A DNA stretch of 64,000 bases from Lama glama (taxonomy: Eukaryota), in contig CM052818.1 of the NCBI GenBank assembly GCA_028534125.1, positions 9,426,001 to 9,490,000 on the forward strand, written 5' to 3'. The translations under genes and the position numbers were made by a program. Shown here piece after piece: positions 39,181-52,116 of this stretch (its first letter is position 1; every line of letters starts with the position of its first letter). The notes under the pieces are model-generated. The model was not told the DNA's origin. It saw only the letters and a program-made list of their open reading frames with translations, and made no database searches.

Positions 39181-41414
39181 GTAAGTAAATAAAAGAAACA
39201 GAAGTATTCATTTTAAATGCTTTTTTCAAATCATAATTATCAAAGTTTTGAGTAACTTACTAGCTTTTATTCTGCACCAGGAAAATTTGAATTTTGTGTA
39301 GTTTAAATGTTTTCTTACGTTTCTCAGAGTGCTATCTCTGCCGCTTAGCTCCCTCAAGATTATATCCCCATCAGTAGGAAATCTGACTTTTGTATTCTTT
39401 GTAGTTGGAAAAAAATACTGTAACAATTAATGCTATAATTTTAGGGTAAAGATTTTTTGTACATCTGGCCATGGGAAAGGACTCCTGAAGAAGATTCACA
39501 CATTAAACACTTGAGGATGCCTTTAATTTTTCCCATTACTAGGAATTGGTTTTAGACATGTTAGGGATAATCTTGATCAATCACCCTAGTAATCCTTTAC
39601 ATATATAGAAAACTTAGGATGAATGTTAAAGAATTCTTTTAAGGAGAGTACTTTGATACGATATTGATCCAATTTTTGATAATATTTTGGAGAAAGTTGG
39701 CTGTCACAAACATGTCATTAACTTGTAAGAATGTATTTGTTTTATTTAAAATAGACTTTTTGGAGAGATTGCAGAGACTTTTAAATTTTAAGAAAAATTA
39801 GACCTTTTAAAGGATTATTTGTAAGGTCAGGAAGGATGGTGTTTTATCTAATTGCTTCTCACATCTAAGAGTAATTGCTAGGAGTACTTGTTTGCTTTCC
39901 GAATGAATATGATTTTTATGATTCTTGGAAGTCTACACTATAGTTGTAAATAGGGTGAAGTTAGTTCTTCTGAGTTATAGCCCCTGCTTTTTATTTTTCT
40001 TTTAATAGGGGATCTATTTAGCCTGAACCTTTATTACTTTTTTTTTTTTAAAGCATCTGTGAAGGTCTCTTCTTCGGTTAATGTTACAGTATGACCCTAG
40101 TGACAGTTCTATTTGTGAGTACAAGGAGGGTCTTTGAGAAGCTAAACAGAGGAATGGGGGGAAAGCATTTAGCATCCTTTAAGTACAAGAATAGCATGAG
40201 TTTTATTTTATTGACTCTTCCCATAGTTTTTAAATGACCGAATTACAAAATTCAAAAGTATTACAGTGATTCATTGATAGCTAACTTGGGCAGGTTGGTA
40301 TTGTTGTCATGTGGGGTTTATACTGAGGAGTAACAAAGGATAACATTCTTACAAAAGTACGAAACTGAATACTGAGTAACTCATCAAGTACCTGAACCTA
40401 AGTTTATTGAGTTGAAACCATTTTAGCTTATTCCTTGAATTAAATATAAAGGAGCTCAGTTAATTCCAAGATGAGACTGGTATCCTAAATGTCATCAAGT
40501 GGATCACTTTAAAAAAAACCTCTGCACTCCTATGGTTAGTTGGCATCAATAATAGCAAAAACTTCCACTTACTGTGAATTTATTATGTGCAGCAGCACTC
40601 AACATTTGATAATGTATTATCTCTCAAACTCTAATGGCCCATATTTTAAAATTGGAAATTGTTATCTTTGATCCTCTTAGTAAATCTTAAGGTAACCAGC
40701 AAACAGACTGGCAAGTAGTTGGCAAGGCAAGAGTAACTTATTTTGAAAAGAAGGCTATGGCAAAAACATGATGTAAATTACATCAGAAGTTTTGGAATTT
40801 CAATACTTCTATATCTATACATGTTATAGATACATTGCTAGTAAGTATTATATGGAATAAATTGTTAGTTATGAAAGTTATGGACCCTGGCATCTCTGAT
40901 TATTTTTATCATTCATTATTTCTTTTTTTATTCTAGTGTGTGTTGGAGCTTAATACCTGAATATTTCTTTGCTTAAAAAATTATTTAAAACAGCAAATTA
41001 TTTACCATAAAAAACCCAACTGATTCACTCGGTTAGTTCATGTTGTATGTGTTCTGCTAGGCACTCTGCTAAACAATGAACAAGGCACACAGTCCATCCT
41101 TACATGGACTGTATCATACTGTTTTTTAATATTAATTCAAATTAGTCATTTATAATTGGCATTCTGCCAGACATTTTTATCCCCTTCACAGAGATTATTT
41201 TGAGAGTTAAAAAACAATAGTACTTTAACTTCATCAAAATTAAGGTGCATTGCTTTATACCTTTTTCACAATTTAATTATAAATAGAACTTAGAAGTTTT
41301 TGATAATTGAGAGAGACTTTGCTTTTGAAGATTTTTTAAGATAGTTTTTTCCCCTATCCTAAAATAAATTTATTCTCTGACCCTTTAAAATTATTTTTTC
41401 TTTCAATTGGCAAG

Positions 41415-41510
41415 GTGGGCAGAAAAAGAACTGAACATGATGAAGCTTTTCTTTGATAATTTGGTATACTATATTCAAGCTGTAAGAGAAGGAAGACAAA
41501 AGCATGCACT
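41415..41510 (+). CDS. USP34: USP34 window exon 15 (96 nt)
   Basis: gcaag|G...CT|gtaagt; WAEKELNMMKLFFDNLVYYIQAVREGRQKHA(L). Confidence 0.93.
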
Positions 41511-42548
41511 GTAAGTATTCCTTAACTAGCAAAGTTATGTGTGTTGATTGTCTTTCCTGTGGAAGATAATTGTACAGTGTTCCTACTCTTTTTCTTTCGT
41601 ATAGTAAATAAATGTAATGAAAATTTTACTTACATAATTTTTAAGAGAAAGAAATTCTCTTTAAGTTGAAGAATTTTATAAGGTTATTTTGATAATTCTT
41701 AGGGAAATGTAGGTTATATAACTTTGTTGATTAACCTTCACTTATTTTTTTTAATTGAAGTATAGTCAGTTTATATAATGTGTTACTTTCTGACTTACTT
41801 CACTGTTTAGTTCAGAGTCATTGCTTTCATGAATCAAAAGTAAATATTTTTTTCAGAAATCACCAAAATATCCTTTTATTAATGTATTACTCATGGATTC
41901 TAAAACTTCTGAAATATTTACTTCCATACAAGTAGATTTAACAGAGAATTATTTTAAAACACTTTCCTTTATTATTATAATTGGATACTTACATTAGAAA
42001 GTTCAGGATTTGTGAAAACTTTAAAAACTGTGATATTATAACTGGCTAATATTTCATCGTTAAAAATATTCTCGATATTTTGAAGTGAGTCTAGATAAGA
42101 GTTGGTAGAAATTGGCTAGTGTTATGGCTGTGTTTAAAGCTTCTTATAGAGAGATGCTTACCAAAAAGGAAACATGTAGAATTCAGAGAGTTTCTGCTTG
42201 TGAGTCAGTTAGTGGAAGCTGGTAGTCAATTCAAGAAAAGCAACTCAGGGTCAGTATCAGCGCACGTCAGTGAATAAGAGAAGTAGCCACAGTATTTATT
42301 GAGAAAACGTCCACATAGAAAACTTTCATATAGATCAGAACTGATCAGACTTTAGAAGTGTTCAGAAAAGTTGTAGGCTTCTAAGGCATACTACTCATCT
42401 CCAAAAATGGATTCATTTATCTTCAACCACAAATTAGCTCTTTCTCCAGATTTTACTGTGCTCTTCAGAGTACCACCATCCTCCTAGTCACCTAAAACTT
42501 GGAGATTTGGGGCCTTTTTGGTATACTTTTATTTCCAAACATAAATAG

Positions 42549-42577
42549 TGATGATGATGATGATGATGATGATGATG
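42549..42577 (+). repeat. (TGA)9 microsatellite
   Basis: tgatgatgatgatgatgatgatgatgatg. Confidence 0.95.
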
Positions 42578-45500
42578 GTGATAAAAATAGCCAGTGTTCA
42601 TTGATCCTTACTATGTGCCAGATACCTTTTAAGTATTACTAACTTCAAGATACAGAACAGTTCATTCGAGGTAGGAAGTCTTATTTTAAAAATGAGAACA
42701 TTTAAACTTGAGATGATAAATAACTCAAGAATTAAATTAATAAGCTGTATCTGGCACATAATAGATGATCTATAAATTGTAGGTACCTGGCTAAAGCAAA
42801 CTGGTATAAAACAAACAAGAAACTGCATGAAAAATAAATTCCAGTTTCTTCAGTCTAGTATTCTGGGCTCTCTAAAATCTAAACTAAACTTTCCTGTTTT
42901 TTGTTCAATGATTTTTTTTTAAACATCCTGTTTTCAAGCCTGTCAAATTATTTTTGAGATTTTCTTAAATTTACTCTGTTTCATAGCTTTGCTTACAAAA
43001 TTAGCTCTATACGAGATGCATTCTCTTTAAATCTTACTGAAATTCTAAGTGTTGTTCATAGTCTGTCCTCCTTTAATTATTATTCTTGAAGCAGTGGTGA
43101 GGATAATCGTGACCTGAATCTGAGCAACTCCATACATACTCTATAAAAGCTTTAAGATCAGCAAGGAGCAAAAATAAAAACCACACATGACCACCATGTT
43201 TAGGAGGCAGAATTCAAATTACCTGTCAGCAGAAAACACTTAAGTTATAAAAGAGCTCCCACCAGAGCCACAACTTGTGTGCTTGAAGAGCAGGAATGGG
43301 AGCTTAACAGAGGGGAGTGGAAGACATAGATGAGCCATCCTCAGAAACAGAAAGCCCAGCATTAAGTGCCAAAAATGAACGCAGATATGAAACTTGATTG
43401 TTCACAGCTTCGGCTACAGGGAAGTTGGTCACTTTTAGTGGAGCCAGAGGTAGAGCCTGATAAAAGCATTGTTTCTGCGGTAAAAAAAAAAATGTGATCT
43501 TTGGAGATGAGTTTTCTGCTTTTCTAGGGTACACAAGAGTATCCTTCCAATCCTCCAATCTGCCTTGTTCTCTGACATTTTAGGGGAATAAAATCTTAGA
43601 ACAGAGAGTTGTTGTCTGGACTGTTTCAGTATAATTCCCTTGTTTGTCAGGCTATAAAACATTTGTACATTTGTAGCTCTTTGTTAAAGCATGCAGACTT
43701 CATTAGTTTGTGGCACATTACTTTCTATTCGTTCAGTGGAGATTATAGCAGGGAAAGTTCTAAGATTTTCACCTAGGACAAGAAGATTCTTGTGGCACTC
43801 TTGTGAAACACTTCATTTCATAAATGGATGTGTTAACACATTTCTTGAATCCAGTGGCTGCTAGAGAAAAATCCTGTGTTAACATTGAAGCTACAAAGAG
43901 AATGATTTTTTTTTTAAGTGTTAGTTTGTCACTAAAGTTTTATGCCTATAGGGAGATTATTTTTATTCTATATTTTCTGCAATGTTGGGAGCCATGGACA
44001 AGCCCAGGAGAATTTATCGGTACTGATAACACTGTTGATTTGCACCCCAGGAGACTTCCTGGCTGGTGATTTCAGCAGCCAGTGTGATTCTGACAAAGGC
44101 AGAGTCCTCTGAAGTGTGGAGACAGTGGCAGTACTGTGGAAGCTGAAGAAGGGAGGACAAAGGAACTGGATCCATGCCTTCTAGGATTCTAGGTCCCTTA
44201 CTCGGAGATATAAGTATAGGGGAAGGAAGTATTCAGGAAGTAAAGGTACTTTGTAAAGGACAAGACACTATTCCCTTTTTGTCTGTAACCAACATTCCCT
44301 ATACTTGGGCTCAGAGAAGTGCAATAACTTAAAATCACAGAACTGATGTATGATAGAACTTGCATTTGAACCTGTACTCCAAAGTTTCTGCTACAAAATC
44401 TCTGTCCTTTTAGTAAAAGATTGAGAACTATTAAGAGTTGGTCTTGAATTTTATCTAGATAGCGTTCTAGTCTATGAGTTGCTTACTGTATTCCCCTCTC
44501 TTGCACTCCCAGTCACCTTGCCACAAGTACTTTTATCTTCATAGATACTGCAGCAGTAATGAGGCAGAAGTTCATCTTTTCTTTGCCAGTGTTAATATGA
44601 GACAGTAAAGGGAAGCAAAGATATATCCAGCAAATGTAATCTTTAGAAAATCTTAACTTTTAACTTTAATAGCAAATCTAGTGTAATTTTTGAAACAGCT
44701 AATTTTGGGAAGTGTTTAAAATTTTATTCTTTACCTTAAAGATTTTAAGGAATTGAATTAAGAGGCTCTTTGACTCTTTGCAAACTGGAATATATAAATC
44801 AAGGCTCAGACTGGCTGCTTCCTTTTGCTGGCAAAATAATTTGGGCAATTCATCCACTACCCGCCTTTTGATTTGTAACATAGATAAGATCTCATGATTG
44901 ACTTAGTCTCATTGATTGGGGTGTTCAGGTGCTTGAGGGAACTAGAATGTTGGGATATCACAGACACAGTTCAATATGCAGTTCACAGTTGCTAAAAGAA
45001 TCCTAAAATGCCAACCTGATCATTGCCCCTTTTCTCTCCTCCAACATCTGTCATTGACTTCCTTTTCCATCCAGAACAATAGTAAACTCTACTGTCTGAC
45101 ATTCAGACTGGCCACAGTTTGGCCCTGGTCTACCTTTTCAGACTCATCTCCTACCCTTCCTACACCACAGACCAACGCTTACTTCTTAAAATGCTGTTCC
45201 TTCGCATATTCCTGCAAACTGAATTCCCAAAGAACCATGTGAAATCACCTACTTAACAAGCTTCCAAGGCAACTCTTAGAGTATCCTTGCACTTTGTACA
45301 CATGAATTACAATTACTTAGATTTGAAATAACATTTAAAAATGCGAATTTGGTATCAGCTGTATTCTTTATGAAGAGATATTTTATTAATGTTTCCTGTT
45401 GAAGAAATAGAGTATTACCACTGGAGAGACAGTGGTAATGAAATATGCAATTTGTAAGAGGAAATGTAGTTTTTATTAAGTATTCTAACTTATGTACATA

Positions 45501-45812
45501 CTGCATAATTTTTAAATGACTTATTTCTTTGTTCTAGTGTTTAGTTCTTATCTACTTTATCTAACTTGAAAGTATGTGCTCTAATAGTTTACAGATTTTT
45601 ATAATATTAAATAACATAAATCTTAACCACATTTGGCTTTATGGCATTTTGTGTGTGTAACCGAAGTTATGTAGTTAACATGTTAATTATGAATTATTAA
45701 ATGAAATTTTATGTATTTGGTATAATTTAATATTAGGGACTTTAAATCTTTAAAAGTAATTTAAAAAAATAAGATCTCTCAGTTAATTATTTTAATGACT
45801 TTTTAAATATAG

Positions 45813-45895
45813 GTACAGCCATAGTGCCGAAGTTCAAGTACGACTTCAGTTCTTAACTTGTGTGTTTTCAACTCTGGGATCACCTGATCATTTCA
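45813..45895 (+). CDS. USP34: USP34 window exon 16 (83 nt)
   Basis: tatag|G...TTCA|gtaagt; YSHSAEVQVRLQFLTCVFSTLGSPDHF(R). Confidence 0.93.
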
Positions 45896-46130
45896 GTAAG
45901 TTTTTAAATCAATATTTTAACCAGCTTTTGGATGTTTATGGATTCTTCAAAGAGTCTAGTTAAATATACTCATGCCTTTAGATTTCTGTGGTGGTCAGAT
46001 TACTCTTAATACTAAATGTCCTCTAGGTGTGGTATATGGTAATAGGAACTTGACCCTGATACGTTCTTTTGTCTCTGAAAATATCAGTTTCTCAGTGGCT
46101 AAAAGACTCATTTCAAGAATAAAATGTTTG

Positions 46131-46310
46131 GATAAACAAGATTACACTGTATAGCACAGGGAAATATACACAAAATGTTATGATAAATCACAGAGAAAAA
46201 AATGTGACAAGTGTGTATATGTCCATGAATGACTGAAAAATTGTGCTGAACACTGGAATTTGACACAACATTGTAAAAGGATTATAAATCAATAAAAAAT
46301 GTTAAAAAAA
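46131..46310 (+). mobile_element. Young 5'-truncated LINE-1 3' UTR insertion (~180 nt)
   Basis: Perfect TSD aagaataaaatgtttgga (46115-46132, 46310-46327); AATAAA and A-tail; first 70 nt identical to 34571-34640. Confidence 0.92.
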
Positions 46311-48547
46311 AGAATAAAATGTTTGGAATAGGGGAACCTATCATGTTAGGGTGACTACTTTTTATTACCTCTGATTATAGAATCTTCCTATTACTCCAAT
46401 TGAAAACACTTTCTGCATATTACTGTCAGGGTTAATTTTATCCAAAATTGCTTGGCTTCATAGATGATACTTAGAAACCCTAGCTTTATTTAGATAAATA
46501 TCAAACTCAATTTCAGCAACATTTAATCAGGAAAAAAAAGAGATTGGTCTGGTATATTCAAAGTGTGAACTGTTTCCAAATCACATGCTTTAGATATTCT
46601 CACAAGAAAGGAGGAAGCTTGATTTCTTTTGGCCAGAGCTCCTTTTCTCTTGCTAGGCTGATTGTGTTTTCTTTCATGCTCCACCCTCTTTTTCTGTGTG
46701 TCCATGTCAGTAAACCATTTATTAGCAGGACATTCTCTTTCTTTAGCGGTGGTTAATATATTCAAACTGGTGATGGTTTTACTAGACAAAGCATGTGTTT
46801 ATCTTACTGTTTAAGTCTGTAATTTCTTATTTAAGTCAAGCTGTTTCTAATAAATGCCACTAACATTGTGATACCAATAGATTTTAAAATGAAGATACCT
46901 GTTTCTTGACAGGAAACTTACATTTCATGTTATTAGGTCATTTATTATACCCATTATGATTGATAACATATAAGAAAGAAATAATATAAAATATTTTAAA
47001 AGACCTTATATATGGAGAAGTCAAACCAAAACAGATGTTATTAGCATAAATAATTTCACATCACCATTAAGTTTCATGTTTGTTGAGTATAGATTTTCAC
47101 TGGAAAATGTTAACCACTCTTCTCAGTTTTTGAAAAATAAACTATTTTGCTTCTCCTGTCCCAGTGGGTACAGAAGATACTCTTTTTGTATGGGCTTTCA
47201 ATAGCTACTCCAGATAAAATCAAATTGCAGGCTTCACTTATCATCATCATACATCATAATTATTTTTCTCTAACTGGCACAGTTCCTGTCAGGTATAATG
47301 TGGCTACTCTAAAGTTACATTTGGTAAGTTGATACTGATTTTTAATATACCAGTAACTGTAGTCTTCAAGAAACTTAGAACAGTGATAGAAACTTATATG
47401 TTGCCTATTGAGTGTGGATTGGTGGTTCAGCCAGTTCTATTTTGTCATATAGTTTACTATAATTTACCTTGATGCTTTTTTTAAGGACTGTTAATCTGTT
47501 TTCTTCACTTATCTCTCTTAATTAGTTGATGTGAAGTTATAACGTTTAAGTTACAATATACACTAAAGGTTGTTTCTAGTTTTTTTATGTTAGCTCTTAG
47601 GGGCACAAAAATCTTCTTAGAACAGGTAATCAATCCATACCTTAACTGTTTCTGTGAGAAACTGATTGGACAGTTTTTTCTGATCCAGTTCTTTAGACTG
47701 ATATTGCTACTAGGTAAGTATTTTCTGAGGTGTTTTTCTGCATTCTGGATCTCATCTACTTTTCCCAGGGGAGAAAAGTTTCTTAGGATTCTGTCATCCT
47801 TTCATATGCCTTCTCACTGGGGAATATGCCCAGGCTTTTGAACCCCTTATAATATACTTTAGAAATCCCTTTGGTGTTTTTATTCTACTCTTTTGGATTG
47901 TCGCACATCAATATTCAGACTTGAAATTGCTCTAATGCCTTCTCTTTCATTCTGGGTAGTTCTTCAGATTCCTTCTGCCACACTTTGGAATTATGTAATA
48001 CTTGGGTCAAAGTACCAAACAGATTTCATCTCATTAGATTGGCCTCCTAGCTAATTGTATACCCTGATATATTGCTGTTCTGTTTTAGGCAATCAGTTCC
48101 CTTTTATTTTATTTATCATAAGGATCTTTCTTTTCATAGTTAACAAAAATAATGCTTATTGACATTTATTGTTTATCTCCTGTGTGCTTAGAATGAGCTT
48201 TGAACATGGTATTCACTCTGTTCTTAACCCCTAAACCTTAGGACTGACTGAACTTTGGGGATTACCTCCCTTTAATCATGTTTACTAGAATACAATGATA
48301 AGCTCATATTTTAGGGAGAATGATTATCAGACCCAATGGCTTTTCTAGGATATTATGTAAGTTACTTTTTTAAAAGATGATTTATATATATATAGTATAT
48401 TTAACTATGTTTGAAAGCATAAGTTATATGAAATCTCTTATGAAATAATTTTTATATTTCTGTATATATTGGTGCTTCTAATACATTGAATTAGGATGAA
48501 AATGTTGTGTGTTGTACCATGATTTAAATTATGTAATTTTCATCTAG

Positions 48548-48702
48548 GGTTAAGTTTGGAGCAAGTTGACATTTTATGGCATTGTTTAGTAGAAGACTCT
48601 GAGTGTTACGATGATGCACTCCATTGGTTTTTAAATCAAGTTCGAAGTAAAGATCAACATGCTATGGGAATGGAAACCTACAAACATCTTTTCCTGGAGA
48701 AG
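48548..48702 (+). CDS. USP34: USP34 window exon 17 (155 nt)
   Basis: tctag|GG...AAG|gtaatt; LSLEQVDILWHCLVEDSECYDDALHWFLNQVRSKDQHAMGMETYKHLFLEK. Confidence 0.95.
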
Positions 48703-49847
48703 GTAATTTTATTTCTTGACAGCTTTATTGTTTATGTCATTTTTCTATGTATCCTTTTTCTCTCTTGAAATACAAATTCTAATACTCACTTTTTCTTCTT
48801 TTGACATACTTAAAAAAAAAAAAAGGACTGCTTTTCAGCAGTCCTTACGTAATTTTTGCCATTTAGATTAGCTTTAATTTTGTCCTCTACAGTGTTTATA
48901 TCTAAATGAATGCTTAGTTTATACTTAAAAAATCTTTCTTAACTAAAGTACTTAAACTAACAGTAATAAAATAACTCTTCAGGTATACACTAATAAGAAA
49001 TGTGGGGGGGGGGTTGGTGTGTATTTTTAAAATCATTGATACCATTATAGTTCAGGTTTTCAGGGGTGGTGCCCACACCTGCTCGGGTGAAAGCTATAGA
49101 ATATATTGACTCTTCTTAGTTAAACGGTTGTGGTTTTTATTCTGTCTTCGGGCATATAGAAGCCAATCTTTAGATTTATAGATTCCTTGGAAGGCATTTT
49201 TAGGTAGTGCTATCATGATATTAAGGATACTGTTCTATCAATTTTTTTGTTTTTATCAGATGCCAAAAGTGATTCAGGTGATAATTTTCCATTTGAATTT
49301 TAAAACATTGATGATAATAAAGCAATAGACTTTATTATTTCTGTGCTGGTTTTTGAGATTATAAAGGCTCTTTGTGAACACTCATCTCTGTGGTAGAATT
49401 GAGTACATATGAATGAATTTTGGTAATATAAACTAACTCAATAAATCCAAGACAAATCTACAAATAGACCTTCAGGTATCTTAATTTCAAGCTCTAACTT
49501 ACACACAAGCTGTACATGTAGCTGTATATCTTACAAATGTGTCTGTTGTAGGTATACACTAAATGATAAACATTTTTGGTTAATTTCCTCTGATTTGGGC
49601 CTATGTATCTATGTACATCTCAAAAATTGAAACACGTATTAGATGGGTTTCAGTCACTATGTGAATAAAATTTTCATTAAATTTAATCTGTTTTTAAATT
49701 ATCACTAAAAACCTGAGCTGATACATTGTCTTCAATATTTTTAGTAAAGTTTGTTAACTACTTAAATCTGTTATGTTAAACCCAATAAAATGAAATCTGT
49801 TAAATTAATTTTCACACTGAACTATCTTTAAAAAAATTTTTTTAAAG

Positions 49848-49961
49848 ATGCCCCAGCTAAAGCCTGAAACGATTAGCATGACTGGCTTAAACCTGTTTCA
49901 GCATCTCTGTAACTTGGCTCGATTGGCTACCAGTGCCTATGATGGTGGTTCAAACTCTGAG
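49848..49961 (+). CDS. USP34: USP34 window exon 18 (114 nt)
   Basis: taaag|ATG...GAG|gtatgg; MPQLKPETISMTGLNLFQHLCNLARLATSAYDGGSNSE. Confidence 0.94.
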
Positions 49962-50189
49962 GTATGGATTTAGACTTGTCACTTTATTAAATCAACTTGT
50001 GGAATTTTTTTTTTTTATTCCTCAAAGTAGCTTAGTGAATTATATAGTCTACCAAGCATTGAATTTACTAACTGTGCAGACTTTTATTCTAAGGTTTCAA
50101 AAAGCTTATTTTGGTTTTAAAAAGTTTTATAAAGCAAAGTTGATTTTTCATTACTAAAGATAACCTTGGTTGTACTTAATGAAAACTTG

Positions 50190-50400
50190 TGGTACAAACT
50201 TTCAGCTATAAAATAAATGTCATGAACATATGATGTACGCATAGATAATACAGTCAATAATACTGTAACAACTTTGTATGGTGACAGATGGTAATTGATC
50301 TTACTGCAGTGATCATTTCAATGTATAAAAATGTTGAATCACTGTGCTGTACACCTGAAACTAATATAATATTGTATGCTAATTGTAACTCAATTAAAAT
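50190..50400 (+). mobile_element. LINE-1 3' end (L1MA/MB-type)
   Basis: ggtacaaactttcagctataaaataaat...gctgtacacctgaaactaatataatattgtatg. Confidence 0.82.
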
Positions 50401-51722
50401 AACTTATTGCACATTCCTTGACTAATAGAGAAGAATTTTGCCAAGTAGAAGGTTGATTTGTCTAAAATCTGATTTTCATGTCATTCATCGTGGCCAAGCT
50501 TTTAGTTGCTCTTGGGCAACTCCAGCGTTCCTGTTGCAGACTTCAGTTTTGGAACAGAATCTACCTAAATCGTCTCTGACCATGAGGCATGATGATCAGT
50601 TAATTAACTGAAGACTGTCACAAATGGCTGGTCTTTTCTCTGGCTTAGAGTTCCATTTGCCTCGTTGGGTGGCTGTGAGGTTTTCTTCGAATGCATTATG
50701 CTTAGACCCTCCTAACACAGACTGTTACTTGAAAATCTTCCTTACTGGACATTCCAGTTTATTAATGATAGCTTTGATTTATGTCGTATCCAATCATATT
50801 TTTCGTTAATTTTCTTTGAAGATTGAGTTGTGTTATAAAGAGAGAGAAGCAGAGAAAGCTGATGTTAATCTGTGTTGTAAAGAATAATTTTAATTGTTTT
50901 TAGAATGCTTTTGTGGTATTTTCCTGCCTTCTTTTCCTTGTTTGAATAATGTTTGTTTTGTTTTGTTTGGTTAGTTGTTTTTATTTTTAAGTTTTTGGTC
51001 CTAACTGTGATAGCACTCTAAGTTTCAATTTGATGATTTCAGACAACTAGACAGATCTGATTTACCTAAGTAGTCATACTCTAATTTTGAGGTAATACTG
51101 CTTTTTAAGTAGATGATATGAACACTAAAGCTGTTCCGTCGTCTATCAGGTTATTTTTCTTCACTCTGCTCAACCTTTGAGAACTTTCCATTTCTACTTT
51201 TTTGGTACTTTTCAGTGAGAATACTCTTCATCTCATGGTTGATGTAAATTTAAGTGACAACTTGGGTTAGCATATCTTTTTGATTTCCTGTGAATAACTG
51301 AAAGGAATGACTATATTAGAATAAGTTGGATGAAAGCATTGACATTGTTATGCTAATAATTGTGTGTGTTGTTACTCCTTTGTAGCATATTTTGAAGATT
51401 TGAGGTTTTCCCACTATGTAGTCAGAACTTTTGAGTTAAACGTTACACACATACATAGTTAGATGCTTTATAAATAAGTTACCTTTAGAACCAATACAGG
51501 TATGTTTCAGTAATTGAGGAAATTTCCAAGGCTTTTATCCTTATTATTGTTAAACAATTAGCTAAGAACACTAAATAATTAGGAATTGTCTTTTAAATAC
51601 TTTATAGGATATTAAAACTCTTTGATATTGTATGCCTTTTAAATTTGTTACTTCAGTCATATAATAATTTACATTGTTTGACAAATAATAACATTTATAC
51701 ATTTCCTGTTTTTCTTTCTTAG

Positions 51723-51822
51723 CTGTGTGGTATGGACCAATTTTGGGGCATTGCTTTAAGAGCACAATCTGGTGATGTCAGTCGAGCAGCTATCCAGTAT
51801 ATTAACTCCTATTATATTAATG
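51723..51822 (+). CDS. USP34: USP34 window exon 19 (100 nt)
   Basis: cttag|CTG...AATG|gtgagt; LCGMDQFWGIALRAQSGDVSRAAIQYINSYYIN(G). Confidence 0.94.
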
Positions 51823-51956
51823 GTGAGTGATTTGAAATATTGTTGAATAGGTAATTTTTTATGTAAGTATTTTTTGTTTAGCTATAATTCATTTTCTTTA
51901 ATACAGCTAAACAAGGATATAAGATTGATGTACATGTCTAAACATGTGATTTTCAG

Positions 51957-52116
51957 GTAAAACGGGTTTGGAGAAGGAGCAAGAATTTATTAGTAAGTGT
52001 ATGGAGAGTCTTATGATAGCTTCTAGCAGTCTTGAACAGGAATCACACTCAAGTCTCACTGTTATAGAAAGAGGACTCCTTATGCTGAAGACACATCTGG
52101 AAGCATTTAGGAGAAG
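51957..52116 (+). CDS. USP34: USP34 window exon 20 (160 nt)
   Basis: ttcag|GT...AGAAG|gtaatt; KTGLEKEQEFISKCMESLMIASSSLEQESHSSLTVIERGLLMLKTHLEAFRR(R). Confidence 0.94.

Noticed and set aside
43090..44200. Purine-rich, moderately GC-rich block with short ORFs
   Set aside because: Could not be assigned; probably an old L1 5' region or other decayed repeat, with no splice-compatible exon or known peptide.
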